Shown here one piece after another: positions 1 through 8,480 of a DNA stretch of 31,834 nucleotides; position 1 is the first letter of the stretch, and the number at the start of each line of letters is the position of its first letter. The translations under genes were made by a program, and so were the position numbers. The notes beneath the pieces are model-generated. The model ran no database searches, was not told the origin of the DNA, and saw only the letters and a program-made list of their open reading frames with translations. Source of the DNA: a virus (Duplodnaviria > Caudoviricetes); the IMG/VR virus record IMGVR_UViG_3300002907_000005, positions 1-31,834 of that record. One strand, given 5' to 3'.

Positions 1-331
<331 letters not shown>

Positions 332-335
<4 letters not shown>

Positions 336-640
336 GACGCGACTTGCATCTTCGCTACGCACTCGACGATTGCGCAGTTGAGGTCAGCATTCATGGCATG
401 TGAGCCAAAGGGCCCAGCCCCTCCTATTGTGACCGACCACTCAACTAGATCGCCAGAAGTGCGGATCGAGCGTATCCCAAACCTCTTCATCAGCGCCATC
501 GCCTGCGCATCGTCGTGGAGGGGTCTGTAAGTGATTGCAAATTCCGCTCCATATCTGGCGCGAACTAGTCCTTCAATCTCTCCAACGATGGTCAATCCCA
601 TCGCCTCTGCGCACAGCTTGGTCATCTCAAGGTCCGTCAC
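332..640 (-). CDS. Phage hypothetical protein (NinX/DUF2591-like)
   Basis: GTG start at 640 overlaps the upstream stop (GTGA). Motifs CAEAMG, YxPLHDDAQAMAL and AIVECVA resemble NinX-like phage proteins. Confidence 0.6.
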
Positions 641-945
641 ACCTTCCTCCCATAAACAATCCTCGGCACCCTCACGCATTTGCGCACCCATACGCTCTTG
701 ATGATCGCTCCGGAGGAGTTGCGCTCGTCGAAGCGCTGGGCGATCGTGAATCCGGTTTGGCACATAGGGTCAGCGATAGTGAAAGGAGCTGCGACCGCAG
801 GCACAACCGCAGGGAGCGCGGGATTTTGTTGCACTGACCTTTCCTGCGGCGCAGCATTGACATTCTCGCACATCAGCGCGAGAAGGAGGATTAGTCCTCG
901 CTCAATCCTGGCGAAATTTGTGCGCGTGACCACCATATTTTCCAA
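637..945 (-). CDS. Hypothetical protein containing the NAAPQ...PAVAAP module
   Basis: ORF coupled to the downstream gene; hydrophobic stretch LILLLAL; start uncertain. Confidence 0.5.
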   Translation of the reverse strand: MENMVVTRTNFARIERGLILLLALMCENVNAAPQERSVQQNPALPAVVPAVAAPFTIADPMCQTGFTIAQRFDERNSSGAIIKSVWVRKCVRVPRIVYGRKV

Positions 946-1112
946 TCCTCCTTCGTAAATCCTTTGGCAGCAAGATTTCCTGCTCCAGCTTCCGGTCCAT
1001 TAGCGCATCCGAGACACGCGCAACCAAGAGGCCCAGGTTCGCACCAGCGCATTGCAAACTCAACTGGCAATCGTCGCATCGCTGCATCAAACTGTTGCTC
1101 ACGCTCAGTCAC
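891..1112 (-). CDS. Small Cys-rich hypothetical protein
   Basis: GTG at 1112 overlaps the upstream stop; WCE..GCACLGCAN motif. Confidence 0.55.
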   Translation of the reverse strand: MTEREQQFDAAMRRLPVEFAMRWCEPGPLGCACLGCANGPEAGAGNLAAKGFTKEDWKIWWSRAQISPGLSED

Positions 1113-1231
1113 GTCATCATCAACGCCAAAATACACGCCGCCGCAATGAAGCACAGCGCTAAGCGGTATTGCCACCTGTTTGGACTCAGCCGCTCAAGGC
1201 GCTGGCGCGGAGTGATGGCGTCGCCGATCAT
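1109..1231 (-). CDS. 40-aa putative membrane peptide
   Basis: MIGDAITPRQRLERLSPNRWQYRLALCFIAAACILALMMT*, with ATGA/GTGA coupling on both sides. Below the ORF-track cutoff. Confidence 0.5.
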   Translation of the reverse strand: MIGDAITPRQRLERLSPNRWQYRLALCFIAAACILALMMT

Positions 1232-1527
1232 GCGCGGTCCTTGAGGGCAGCGTCGATGGCGGCGTCGAATTCAAGCCCAGCGATGCGCGCCTGCTGGCTA
1301 TCAATGATGGCAGTCCTCACCTTTGCGGCTTCGAGAAGTCCATCGAACGCGGCCTTCAGCTCATCCTCGACCCTCATGTGCCCCTTGATCTCGGTCTGGG
1401 CGAGTTCTATAGCACGACGGTCGTCCTGACGGCGCTGAATCTTGGTGATGCGCCGATCAGTCATATAGGCTCCATGATCGAATTCTAATGGCGGACTCGA
1501 CTCGGGCGTGGCAGGGCGGGAGGTCAT
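1228..1527 (-). CDS. Hypothetical protein (coiled-coil, DAAIDAA C-terminus)
   Basis: ORF in the operon; start at 1527 (coupled) or 1464 (GGAG RBS). Confidence 0.55.
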   Translation of the reverse strand: MTSRPATPESSPPLEFDHGAYMTDRRITKIQRRQDDRRAIELAQTEIKGHMRVEDELKAAFDGLLEAAKVRTAIIDSQQARIAGLEFDAAIDAALKDRA

Positions 1528-1694
1528 GGTGAGGATGTCCATAGATTTTGTGGATGGACTGCGAAGAAAATTTGGCGCAAGCAGTAACGGGCAACATCAT
1601 TAGCTTGCTCCTCCGTTTCGCACCAGCCACTTTCTGAGTAGATGCCATATTGAACATGCCATTCGAAACCCCCGTCTTTCGGTATGATATTCAC
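1524..1694 (-). CDS. 56-aa hypothetical protein
   Basis: MNIIPKDGGFEWHVQYG...; GTGA/ATGA overlaps with both neighbours. Confidence 0.5.
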   Translation of the reverse strand: MNIIPKDGGFEWHVQYGIYSESGWCETEEQANDVARYCLRQIFFAVHPQNLWTSSP

Positions 1695-2098
1695 GTCTTC
1701 CTCCCATCGGCTTCGGCGGCGGAGAGCGCAGCATGTAAGCCTTCAACGGCTGCGACGAAATTTGCCTTCAGTATCTCTCGGTCATTTTGCGTTAGAACAT
1801 GGTCGAAATTCGGGCTGTCGCGGAACATCGCCATTGCATCGCCCGCTTTCTTCCACGCTCGCGCAGCTTTGAGCACCTGGTCGCTCGACGGCTGGCGCTC
1901 GGCACATGCACGTTCCAGTTTCTCAGATAGTTTCCCGTGTAGAAAATGTTTTTCGGCATCGAATGCTCTTTCACTATCCGAGCGGCGCAGGGCGGCGATG
2001 ATTTGCTGGCGCTTCTCTATAGACGAAAATTTCCACCAGTCAATCCTGCCAGCTTCAAGCTCTCGCTCAATCTCGTCCGCAAGCTCAATGTTGGTCAT
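1691..2098 (-). CDS. Hypothetical protein
   Basis: 135-aa ORF with ATGA overlap and GGAG upstream. Confidence 0.6.
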   Translation of the reverse strand: MTNIELADEIERELEAGRIDWWKFSSIEKRQQIIAALRRSDSERAFDAEKHFLHGKLSEKLERACAERQPSSDQVLKAARAWKKAGDAMAMFRDSPNFDHVLTQNDREILKANFVAAVEGLHAALSAAEADGRKT

Positions 2099-2799
2099 GG
2101 GCGCTCCGGTGGGGGTGGGAGGGCATAGGTGTAGAACCAGTCGCTCGTATCTGTGTGCGTGTAGACGCCTTTTGCTCCAGCCGCAATGTAGACGTAACCA
2201 TTCGGCACTACGCTAACCGGATGCGCCCACCCCTGCCCGAGCTTCTCGATGAGGGCAGCGGCGTCGGCAATGGCTTCGTTCCAGACTGGAACGCCGGTGT
2301 CTATACAATTCAGCCGCTTCACCGTCGCTGCCGCGTCGGGTGCAGCAGCCGCAGGCGTAACAGACGCGCTATCGCCGTTATCAGTGATAGTTCTGACGGC
2401 GCTGCGTTCGATTTCGACCTCGGCAGAGTGCGCGCTCCTTGACTGCACCTGCGGCGCTGCATTCTGTTCCCCCAGCTGCTCCTTGGCTGCTCGTTCATTT
2501 TCCCATTTCATGTTTGCTCTGCAGTTAATTGGGGTGCAATCCTTTGTAGCCAGCAACATGGCCTCTGTCACTATCGCCTCCTCGCGCACGGATTCGAGCG
2601 AGAGGGCGCGCTGATTCCAATGTCGAGCAAGTTCTGCTTCGTCATCTAGATTTGGCCCGAACGTTTCGCATTTGAGGCACATCACATACTTCGTCTTAAC
2701 ACCGCGCTTGAGTTCAGCGCGTCCGCCGCAAAACGGGCACGGCAAGAGCGTAATATTTCCCATCTCCGCGTCCTTTCTCGTCAGTGCGTCATCGGCCAT
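2095..2799 (-). CDS. Lar-family restriction alleviation domain protein with C-terminal extension
   Basis: LLPCPFCGG...YVMCLKC..FGP...WNQRA zinc-ribbon signature of the Lar family. Confidence 0.7.
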   Translation of the reverse strand: MADDALTRKDAEMGNITLLPCPFCGGRAELKRGVKTKYVMCLKCETFGPNLDDEAELARHWNQRALSLESVREEAIVTEAMLLATKDCTPINCRANMKWENERAAKEQLGEQNAAPQVQSRSAHSAEVEIERSAVRTITDNGDSASVTPAAAAPDAAATVKRLNCIDTGVPVWNEAIADAAALIEKLGQGWAHPVSVVPNGYVYIAAGAKGVYTHTDTSDWFYTYALPPPPERP

Positions 2800-2980
2800 C
2801 GTGATGCCCCAGTCTTCTGCGTATCATTTTTCGGACAGAGCGGAGTATTCGCTCTGCATCCTTTCGCGCCGCGCGTTGAATCTCCCGTCGCCGAGCCCCA
2901 CGCCTCATGTCAAGGCATACCAAGTCCCAAGCTAAACGACGCGCCAAGTCATCGGCCATCGGGGCGGGCTTTCCGGTCAT
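2789..2980 (-). CDS. Small basic hypothetical protein
   Basis: Coupled ORF, Arg-rich. Confidence 0.45.
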   Translation of the reverse strand: MTGKPAPMADDLARRLAWDLVCLDMRRGARRREIQRAARKDAERILRSVRKMIRRRLGHHDGR

Positions 2981-3153
2981 GGCTTGGTCGCATCCTTGAG
3001 GTTCTTGAGCACGTCGCTGACAGCCTCGGCTGTATACGGTTTGTCTCGATCCGTAAGCGATCCGCCGAGCGTGACAATATCGGCAACGACAGCTACAGGA
3101 ACCGTAACCGTTCCAAGCGCAGCCTTAGTGAGTGATTGAAGCATCGCGAACAT
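2977..3153 (-). CDS. 58-aa phage protein
   Basis: MFAMLQSLTKAALGTVTVPVAVVADIVTLGGSLTDRDKPYT...; GAGGAG RBS; ATGA overlap. Confidence 0.6.
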   Translation of the reverse strand: MFAMLQSLTKAALGTVTVPVAVVADIVTLGGSLTDRDKPYTAEAVSDVLKNLKDATKP

Positions 3154-3156
3154 GGT

Positions 3157-3372
3157 CTATCTCCTCTTGGCCTTCGCTGCGGCGTGGGCGGCGCAGGCGT
3201 TGATAAACGTCTGCCATCTTGAGCGCTGCCAAGACTTAATGTGCAAATCTCCAATGCCATCCTCAGATAATCCTGGATAGCCCATGAGCGGCGCATCTAG
3301 AACATCATAAAGTCTCATCGCCGCCCGCTCCACCCTCCGCAGCGTGTTCCGGCTCTTGCGGGGAGAGGTCAT
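3157..3372 (-). CDS. Hypothetical protein
   Basis: ATGA-coupled 71-aa ORF with AAGGAG RBS. Confidence 0.55.
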   Translation of the reverse strand: MTSPRKSRNTLRRVERAAMRLYDVLDAPLMGYPGLSEDGIGDLHIKSWQRSRWQTFINACAAHAAAKAKRR

Positions 3373-3758
3373 CGCGGCTCCTTCGCGTCAGGCGGGAGGT
3401 CATATATCCATTGGCGAGCGATTTCACAGAGCGCAACGAACACGGCGTCCTTATCGCGCTCCAGTTGCCCAAGCTGCGCGTAAGGAACAAGGTCTGGATG
3501 CGTCTTGACCTCGCGGTCATACTTCTCGCCGAACGTCCAGCCCATCGCGAAATAAGCTTGCATCCAACTTCCGTGAAGCTCCTCGGGCGATGCGGAACGT
3601 TGCGGCCCGCATTGGCGCGAGATTACGGGCAGGAACTGACTGCGGAAGGCATCCTCACGTTCAGCCCATAGCACCGGAATGACGGGTGCACCAGCGGCCT
3701 GCGCGGCAAGCCTCGCGGCGTTATAGACAAATTCTGCACGGCGTTCATTCAAGATCAT
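3369..3758 (-). CDS. RyR-domain protein
   Basis: HGSW...GWTFGEKYD..KTHPDLVPYAQL...ERDKD matches the RyR repeat consensus; GGAGG RBS before ATG 3758. Confidence 0.8.
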   Translation of the reverse strand: MILNERRAEFVYNAARLAAQAAGAPVIPVLWAEREDAFRSQFLPVISRQCGPQRSASPEELHGSWMQAYFAMGWTFGEKYDREVKTHPDLVPYAQLGQLERDKDAVFVALCEIARQWIYDLPPDAKEPR

Positions 3759-3759
3759 C

Positions 3760-3972
3760 TCATCTCCTCCCTGTGCGCTTGCGCTTGAGAGCGGCGGCGC
3801 GTGTAATCTGCTCCGCAAGTTCCCATCCCACTTTGCGGACCGCCTCGTGCAAAATGTGTCCCGTAGCGTAGAGTCCGCGACGATGCGCCTCATGGTGAAT
3901 CGCTATCAGACGCGGAACGAAATCGTTGCGTGAGTCGTACAGCGCCCGCAAGGTCTTGGCGGAGGCGGTCAT
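3760..3972 (-). CDS. Hypothetical protein
   Basis: ATGA overlap with the exonuclease stop. Confidence 0.55.
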   Translation of the reverse strand: MTASAKTLRALYDSRNDFVPRLIAIHHEAHRRGLYATGHILHEAVRKVGWELAEQITRAAALKRKRTGRR

Positions 3973-4598
3973 GGGCACAGCGCAAGCAGCGCAGTATGCT
4001 GCGCGGCGACCTCTGCAAGAAATTGCGTGACAGTATCCTTGAGCTGCGCGATATAGAGTGGGTCGCGCGGGATGCGCTTGATATAGAGTTGCAGCTTAAC
4101 CGGCAGTCGCGGATCGAAGCTGATGAAGTCGCACCACTCGCGGTCAGTGATCCAGAGATAGCCCTGTATCTGGGCCAGATGCTCGCACTCCTCGGTGAGC
4201 ATCGTTTGCAGATGCGTCGCGCTCGTCGGGCACTTGATCTCTATGATGCCGTCCGCGTCGATCAGCCCATCCACTGAGCCGCCGACATACTGGATTGTCT
4301 TGTGATGCACGAAGCCGGTTTCCGTCACCATGCGGCCAGTCTGCGACTCATAGGCCATGCGGGCGAGCGGCTCCGTGTCAATGCCGTGCTGCATCGCTGC
4401 GGTGACATAGCGCTCGGTCGGATGCTGCGTCAGGCGCTCGATGACGAGTTCCCAAAGATACTTCTGGCGGTCTGCACCCGGCTTGCCCGACTTGAGCCTG
4501 TCCATGATCGCCGCGAACCGACTCCCGGTTGCGTGGCCTACGCGGGCCATAAGCCAATCTACGCCGCGTTGCTCGCCTTCTTCTAGGACTGCGCTCAT
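3969..4598 (-). CDS. YqaJ/lambda-type recombination exonuclease
   Basis: W..AR.G.ATGS, GI..EP.AR..YE, GSVDGLI, IEIKCP, QIQGYLW and CDFISFDPR motifs. Confidence 0.92.
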   Translation of the reverse strand: MSAVLEEGEQRGVDWLMARVGHATGSRFAAIMDRLKSGKPGADRQKYLWELVIERLTQHPTERYVTAAMQHGIDTEPLARMAYESQTGRMVTETGFVHHKTIQYVGGSVDGLIDADGIIEIKCPTSATHLQTMLTEECEHLAQIQGYLWITDREWCDFISFDPRLPVKLQLYIKRIPRDPLYIAQLKDTVTQFLAEVAAQHTALLALCP

Positions 4599-5407
4599 AG
4601 TTCAACCTCATGATCCTGATATTCCTTGATCGCCTTGACGACCTCCGAGAACTCGGAAATGTGTCCATATCTCTGGACGAAAGTAGCCAGCATTCCGCGA
4701 GCGTCTGTCTTGTCATTTATTTCCTTCTGAATCGCGCGCCGTTTCGCTTCCTCGGCCAATCGCAGGGTGCGTTCGGCCTGTTCCTTCGCCATACGTTCGG
4801 CGCGCTCCTTTTCCTCTTGCTCGCGCTTGGCCTTCTCAATTACAGCACGTTCAGCGCGTAGGCGTTCTTCCTCCTTGGCACGTTCGGCTCTCGCTTTGCG
4901 ATCTGCTTCCTCGCGCTCGGCGCGAGCCTGGTTCTCCGCAGCCTCAATCCGCTGCCGCGCCTCGCGCTGATCTGCTTCCAGTTTGGCGCGCTCTTTGGCA
5001 AGCGCGGCCCGTTCCTCCGCGAGTTTCTTTTCTTGCGCTTCCCGCGCCGCTCGTTGTTCAGCCTCGATGCGCGCTGCCTCTGCGCGGATTCGTTCTTCGC
5101 GCTCGCGTTCTGCCCGCTTCGTTTCCGTTTCGATCTGCTGCTTGATCGGAAGCCTCAGGGCATCCAACTTGTCAGCAATGCGCCGCGCCTCGGAATCCAC
5201 GAACCGTCCATAGGCAAGGCTTGCCTCTTTCTCTGCCGTGCGTGCTTTCTCCAGCGTGATGTTATGCGTATTGATGTCCTTGTAAGCGGCTTTTGCCTGC
5301 ATCATCCCGTCTGCCGTGGCAACAGCAAACACGACATCCTTATAACGCGACGCAAGATCGGCTATGACCGCTTCCGTCGATTTGTACGCCGCAATTTCCG
5401 TATTCAT
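4595..5407 (-). CDS. E/R/A/K-rich helical (coiled-coil) protein of the recombination module
   Basis: Long charged helical run between the ERF and exonuclease genes; coupled on both sides. Confidence 0.8.
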   Translation of the reverse strand: MNTEIAAYKSTEAVIADLASRYKDVVFAVATADGMMQAKAAYKDINTHNITLEKARTAEKEASLAYGRFVDSEARRIADKLDALRLPIKQQIETETKRAEREREERIRAEAARIEAEQRAAREAQEKKLAEERAALAKERAKLEADQREARQRIEAAENQARAEREEADRKARAERAKEEERLRAERAVIEKAKREQEEKERAERMAKEQAERTLRLAEEAKRRAIQKEINDKTDARGMLATFVQRYGHISEFSEVVKAIKEYQDHEVEL

Positions 5408-6156
5408 ACCTCGCTCTCCCGTTCCTTGAGTGATTTCAGCTTCTTCACCGCCGCATTCTTCAATTCATCGTAAGAGGGGATATCCCCCGCAGCCTGACAC
5501 GCGGCAACGATGGTTTTCCATGTCGCCTCCCACGCTTTCTTGTCCGCAGCCTTCTCGATGTCCTCCAGATACTTGAACTTGATGCTCTCCGCGAGCACAT
5601 GCGGTTCCGCACCATCTGTGTCAGCATCCTTTGGCGCAAGGCCAGTCGCGGCAAAGAGCGTGTACCGTTGCAAGTAAGAGGTCGTGCTTCCTATCGCCTG
5701 GATACTGTTCTTGCTGCCGGAGGTATCGGGGAGCGCGGACATGCTGACTTGCTCGCTATGCCCCTGAACATGCGTCAGGATGCAGGTTACGCGGATCATG
5801 CCGCCGTCTGCCTGCTCCACGTTCCAGCGGTGCGAGAGGCCGTGGGCTGAGAGTGCCGCGCCGATCAGTTCGGATGCGTTGTCGAGCGTGGCGTGCTTGT
5901 AGGAAGTCTTGCCAGCGCCGAAGGATACTGTTTTGTCCTTCATGATCTGCGGAGGATTCGCCTTGAACGCGGCCAGCGCGGAGACATAAGCCTTGCGCCC
6001 CTCGGACGCCTCCCATTTTTCCTTAACTTCCAAGAGCGCGGACAGCTTCGCCACATCGAACGCTGGATCACTTGCCGCCCGGTCAATGATCTGCATCAGC
6101 GAGCGCGAATCACTCTCGCGCTGCAATTCTTTTACGACTACCTCACGATTGCTCAT
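5404..6156 (-). CDS. ERF-family single-strand annealing protein
   Basis: YKHATLD, HGLS, VTCILTH..GHSE, Q.IGS..SY.QRY.L.A..GL...D.DG ERF motif; AAGGA RBS before ATG 6156. Confidence 0.9.
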   Translation of the reverse strand: MSNREVVVKELQRESDSRSLMQIIDRAASDPAFDVAKLSALLEVKEKWEASEGRKAYVSALAAFKANPPQIMKDKTVSFGAGKTSYKHATLDNASELIGAALSAHGLSHRWNVEQADGGMIRVTCILTHVQGHSEQVSMSALPDTSGSKNSIQAIGSTTSYLQRYTLFAATGLAPKDADTDGAEPHVLAESIKFKYLEDIEKAADKKAWEATWKTIVAACQAAGDIPSYDELKNAAVKKLKSLKERESEV

Positions 6157-6167
6157 TGCGTTCCTTT

Positions 6168-6386
6168 CTAATCCCAACAATACGGACACGTGCAATGCGC
6201 CCGCTTGCCGGATTCGCAGCCGCCGGATGCCTTATGGCTCGGGGCGAATACGTCAGTCGGAAGTCCCGGCGATTCATAGAACTCGCGGCAGCCCGGACAA
6301 TTCGGGTCGAGGCGCCCTTCGCGCTCCCAACGCAGGATCATTGTGGCACGGTCTTCGGGCGTCTCGTTCGGGATGAGCCAAGTCAT
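6168..6386 (-). CDS. Small Cys/His-rich (putative Zn-binding) protein
   Basis: CPGC...H...C...HCTCPYC; ATGA-coupled. Confidence 0.6.
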   Translation of the reverse strand: MTWLIPNETPEDRATMILRWEREGRLDPNCPGCREFYESPGLPTDVFAPSHKASGGCESGKRAHCTCPYCWD

Positions 6387-6673
6387 GATTTCTCCCGCTC
6401 GGCGAGCATGGCGTCGGCATAGAGATATGCTTTGTGAGCAATAAATGCGCGGAATTCTTCTATTTGATTTTTAGGGTCCTCAAATTGTTTTGCACTTTCT
6501 CCCATCCACTCATGCGATAGGAATGCCGGTAACGCCGCCGCCGCGAAATAATCGCGCAGGCTCATGCCCTGCGATTGAGAAGTCGCAGCCTTGAATTGCT
6601 CAAATGCATCGGGCGCATCTGCATCAAATACCGCATTCGCAATAGGAAACGCCGGTCCGCCATCTTGGCTCAT
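6383..6673 (-). CDS. Conserved phage hypothetical protein (GGPAFP...GMSLRDYFA...ADAML type)
   Basis: Recognisable motif set; GGGGAG RBS before ATG 6673. Confidence 0.8.
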   Translation of the reverse strand: MSQDGGPAFPIANAVFDADAPDAFEQFKAATSQSQGMSLRDYFAAAALPAFLSHEWMGESAKQFEDPKNQIEEFRAFIAHKAYLYADAMLAEREKS

Positions 6674-6880
6674 TTCTCCCCCTTCGCCGCCTCGGGCTGT
6701 GCAGCGCTCATTCGTCGCTCCAGCCAAGACACTCGACAGCTTCAACGCGATAGCCTTTAAGGAGCTTTGTCCGATTTGCCTTGCGGATAGCTTCCTCGAC
6801 ATTGCGGGCAACGACTGTCCGCGAATCGACATTTACTGCGCCATCCTTCGGGTAAAAGTAAGTTACCTTGAAAAGTCCGG

Positions 6881-7093
6881 TCATTTGATCCTCCAGATGC
6901 GCGCGCCGCCGTCAACGGCTCGCGAGGTGAATTTGCGATCCTTGGGCCAGTTTTGCGCCCCGAGCGAGCCTTTAGTGAAAATTGATTGCCCGACTTTGAG
7001 CGCACGAATCTTTCCTTGGAAGCTATTCGGGTCAGGCGCGCGACCGCCACTCCTTTTCGGTATCGGGATATTCGACTGTATCGTATATTTCAC
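6881..7093 (-). CDS. Small basic putative DNA-binding protein (IPIP...VGQS...RIWR type)
   Basis: Motif pattern common in phage early genes; AAGGAG RBS. Confidence 0.7.
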   Translation of the reverse strand: MKYTIQSNIPIPKRSGGRAPDPNSFQGKIRALKVGQSIFTKGSLGAQNWPKDRKFTSRAVDGGARIWRIK

Positions 7094-7308
7094 GCGCCCT
7101 CCTTCAACTTCTCCGCGCTCTCCCGTATCGCCCGGAACGAGTCCTCTAGCTCGGAGTGAGTGTAGCGGCGCTTGATTGGCACGTTATGTTCTACCATTAG
7201 CGCCTCCGCGAGCTTGCTGAACGCGATTCCGAGGTCATTGATGTCAAGTTGCGGTTCCATGTGCATCGCCTCCGGTGCCAGATATCCGTCGTACCAGTTG
7301 TCAACCAT
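7090..7308 (-). CDS. First gene of the leftward operon, hypothetical, probably leaderless
   Basis: ATG 7308 lies 7 nt after the -10 box; no SD. Confidence 0.6.
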   Translation of the reverse strand: MVDNWYDGYLAPEAMHMEPQLDINDLGIAFSKLAEALMVEHNVPIKRRYTHSELEDSFRAIRESAEKLKEGA

Positions 7309-7315
7309 TTGGCGG

Positions 7316-7344
7316 ACGATACTCGCCTGTTTCGAACTTGTCAA
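7316..7344 (-). promoter_or_regulatory. Leftward sigma70-type promoter
   Basis: TTGACA (7344-7339), 17 nt, TATCGT (7321-7316). Confidence 0.7.
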
Positions 7345-7381
7345 CGGTTATCGTTACATTGCGCCGCACAACGGATTCCGC

Positions 7382-7410
7382 TTGACTAGGACTTCTGCTT
7401 GTCGGATACT
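7382..7410 (+). promoter_or_regulatory. Rightward sigma70-type promoter
   Basis: TTGACT (7382-7387), 17 nt, GATACT (7405-7410); lambda PR/PL-like hexamers. Confidence 0.7.
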
Positions 7411-7419
7411 GTCGGCCTC

Positions 7420-7614
7420 ATGACCTATACTCAGCTTGTACGGCACTATGGGAGCGAAGCCGCTGCCGTCAGGGCGCTCGGCATACCGCAAAGCACCATC
7501 AACTTCTGGCGCAAGAACGGCATCCCACCTTGGCGTCAATCCCATATAGAACACGCAACGAATGGGAAACTCCAAACGAATAGATATCGTACGAAACGGG
7601 GCAACGACTCATGA
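7420..7614 (+). CDS. Cro-like HTH regulator
   Basis: MTYTQLVRHYGS.AAA.RALGI.QSTI..W...GIP..RQ..IE.AT.G.L is a P22 Cro/YdaS-like pattern; first gene of the rightward operon. Confidence 0.85.
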   Translation: MTYTQLVRHYGSEAAAVRALGIPQSTINFWRKNGIPPWRQSHIEHATNGKLQTNRYRTKRGNDS

Positions 7615-7811
7615 GTATGGCTGAAAGATTTACGTATACACGTTGCCCCAGAGATGGAAAATTCGTGCGCGAAAAAGATTATCTCGCCCTGCAAGCCGCC
7701 CTGCGAGAGGCTCTAGACGCTTGGGGGAACCATGCTGGCGTCCTTTCAACAATCTATGCGCCCGAGCTAAAGCGCATCGCCGAACTCCGCAAATTCCTCG
7801 ACGACAAATAG
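7611..7811 (+). CDS. Hypothetical protein
   Basis: ATGA-coupled; CP.DGKFV..DY..L pattern. Confidence 0.6.
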   Translation: MSMAERFTYTRCPRDGKFVREKDYLALQAALREALDAWGNHAGVLSTIYAPELKRIAELRKFLDDK

Positions 7812-7820
7812 GAGGCAGAC

Positions 7821-8144
7821 ATGGCATTCGTAGACACCGAAAAACGCTCAGCAGGCGAAGTGCAGCAGAAGGTGGGGAGGCTGAAGCTGAGCGAGGTCGT
7901 GAGGATGACTTCCAGACTCAACATAAAAGAGGAATGGATGAATTGCAATGTCTGCACCATGGGCCAAGTCTGCAAAATCATCGGCATTCCAACTGGCGGC
8001 GACCAGCGTGATCGCCTTTCGAATTACTTCAATATAGATTATGAGATAGTCAGAGAAGCGGAAATGATGGCGCGTCCGTTTAGGGAATATGCGAATAAAA
8101 CCCCGGATGAAATCGCCGACTGGCTCGCCGCGCAAGGTCTGTAA
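7821..8144 (+). CDS. Hypothetical protein
   Basis: AGGAGG RBS; 107 aa. Confidence 0.65.
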   Translation: MAFVDTEKRSAGEVQQKVGRLKLSEVVRMTSRLNIKEEWMNCNVCTMGQVCKIIGIPTGGDQRDRLSNYFNIDYEIVREAEMMARPFREYANKTPDEIADWLAAQGL

Positions 8145-8479
8145 TGTCCGACGCGATAGCTCGCATGGCCTTCTACTTGTCACAGGCTCCCGGCTGGGAG
8201 CCCGACCGCAGCACGTTCAAAGGCCACGCCGAGCGCGTGATCGTATCTGTGCCGCATCGGCCCGTCCGCACTCAGCCCGCCGCGATCAAGCGCAGGATCA
8301 TCACCGCGCTCGAAAAAGGCCCCGCGACCGGCGAGGAAATCGCCATGCTCACGCGCTGCAATCTGCATTCGGTGCATGCGAAGCTCTCGCGGATGTATGT
8401 GGAGGGCCTCGTCAAGCGTTCGTTATCCGCCGTGTCCCCGCAGACTGGGCGCATGGTGCAGGTTTATGAGTTGAAATGA
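8144..8479 (+). CDS. Putative winged-HTH protein
   Basis: II.AL..GP.TGEEIA......SV...LS.M...GLV.R wHTH pattern. Confidence 0.65.
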   Translation: MSDAIARMAFYLSQAPGWEPDRSTFKGHAERVIVSVPHRPVRTQPAAIKRRIITALEKGPATGEEIAMLTRCNLHSVHAKLSRMYVEGLVKRSLSAVSPQTGRMVQVYELK

Positions 8480-8480
8480 G

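Noticed and set aside
4595-5407. TolA or tape-measure protein
   Set aside because: Similarity would reflect only low-complexity charged helix; it lies in the recombination module.
6847-6872. Intrinsic terminator (TTCGGGTAA...TTACCTTGAA)
   Set aside because: Imperfect AT-rich stem with no U-tract following it in the operon direction.
535-7175. Numerous plus-strand ORFs in the ORF track
   Set aside because: Shadows of the tightly coupled minus-strand operon, with no motifs or RBS.
7354-7575. Minus-strand ORF as the missing CI repressor
   Set aside because: Antisense to the Cro-like gene, with no HTH or peptidase motif.
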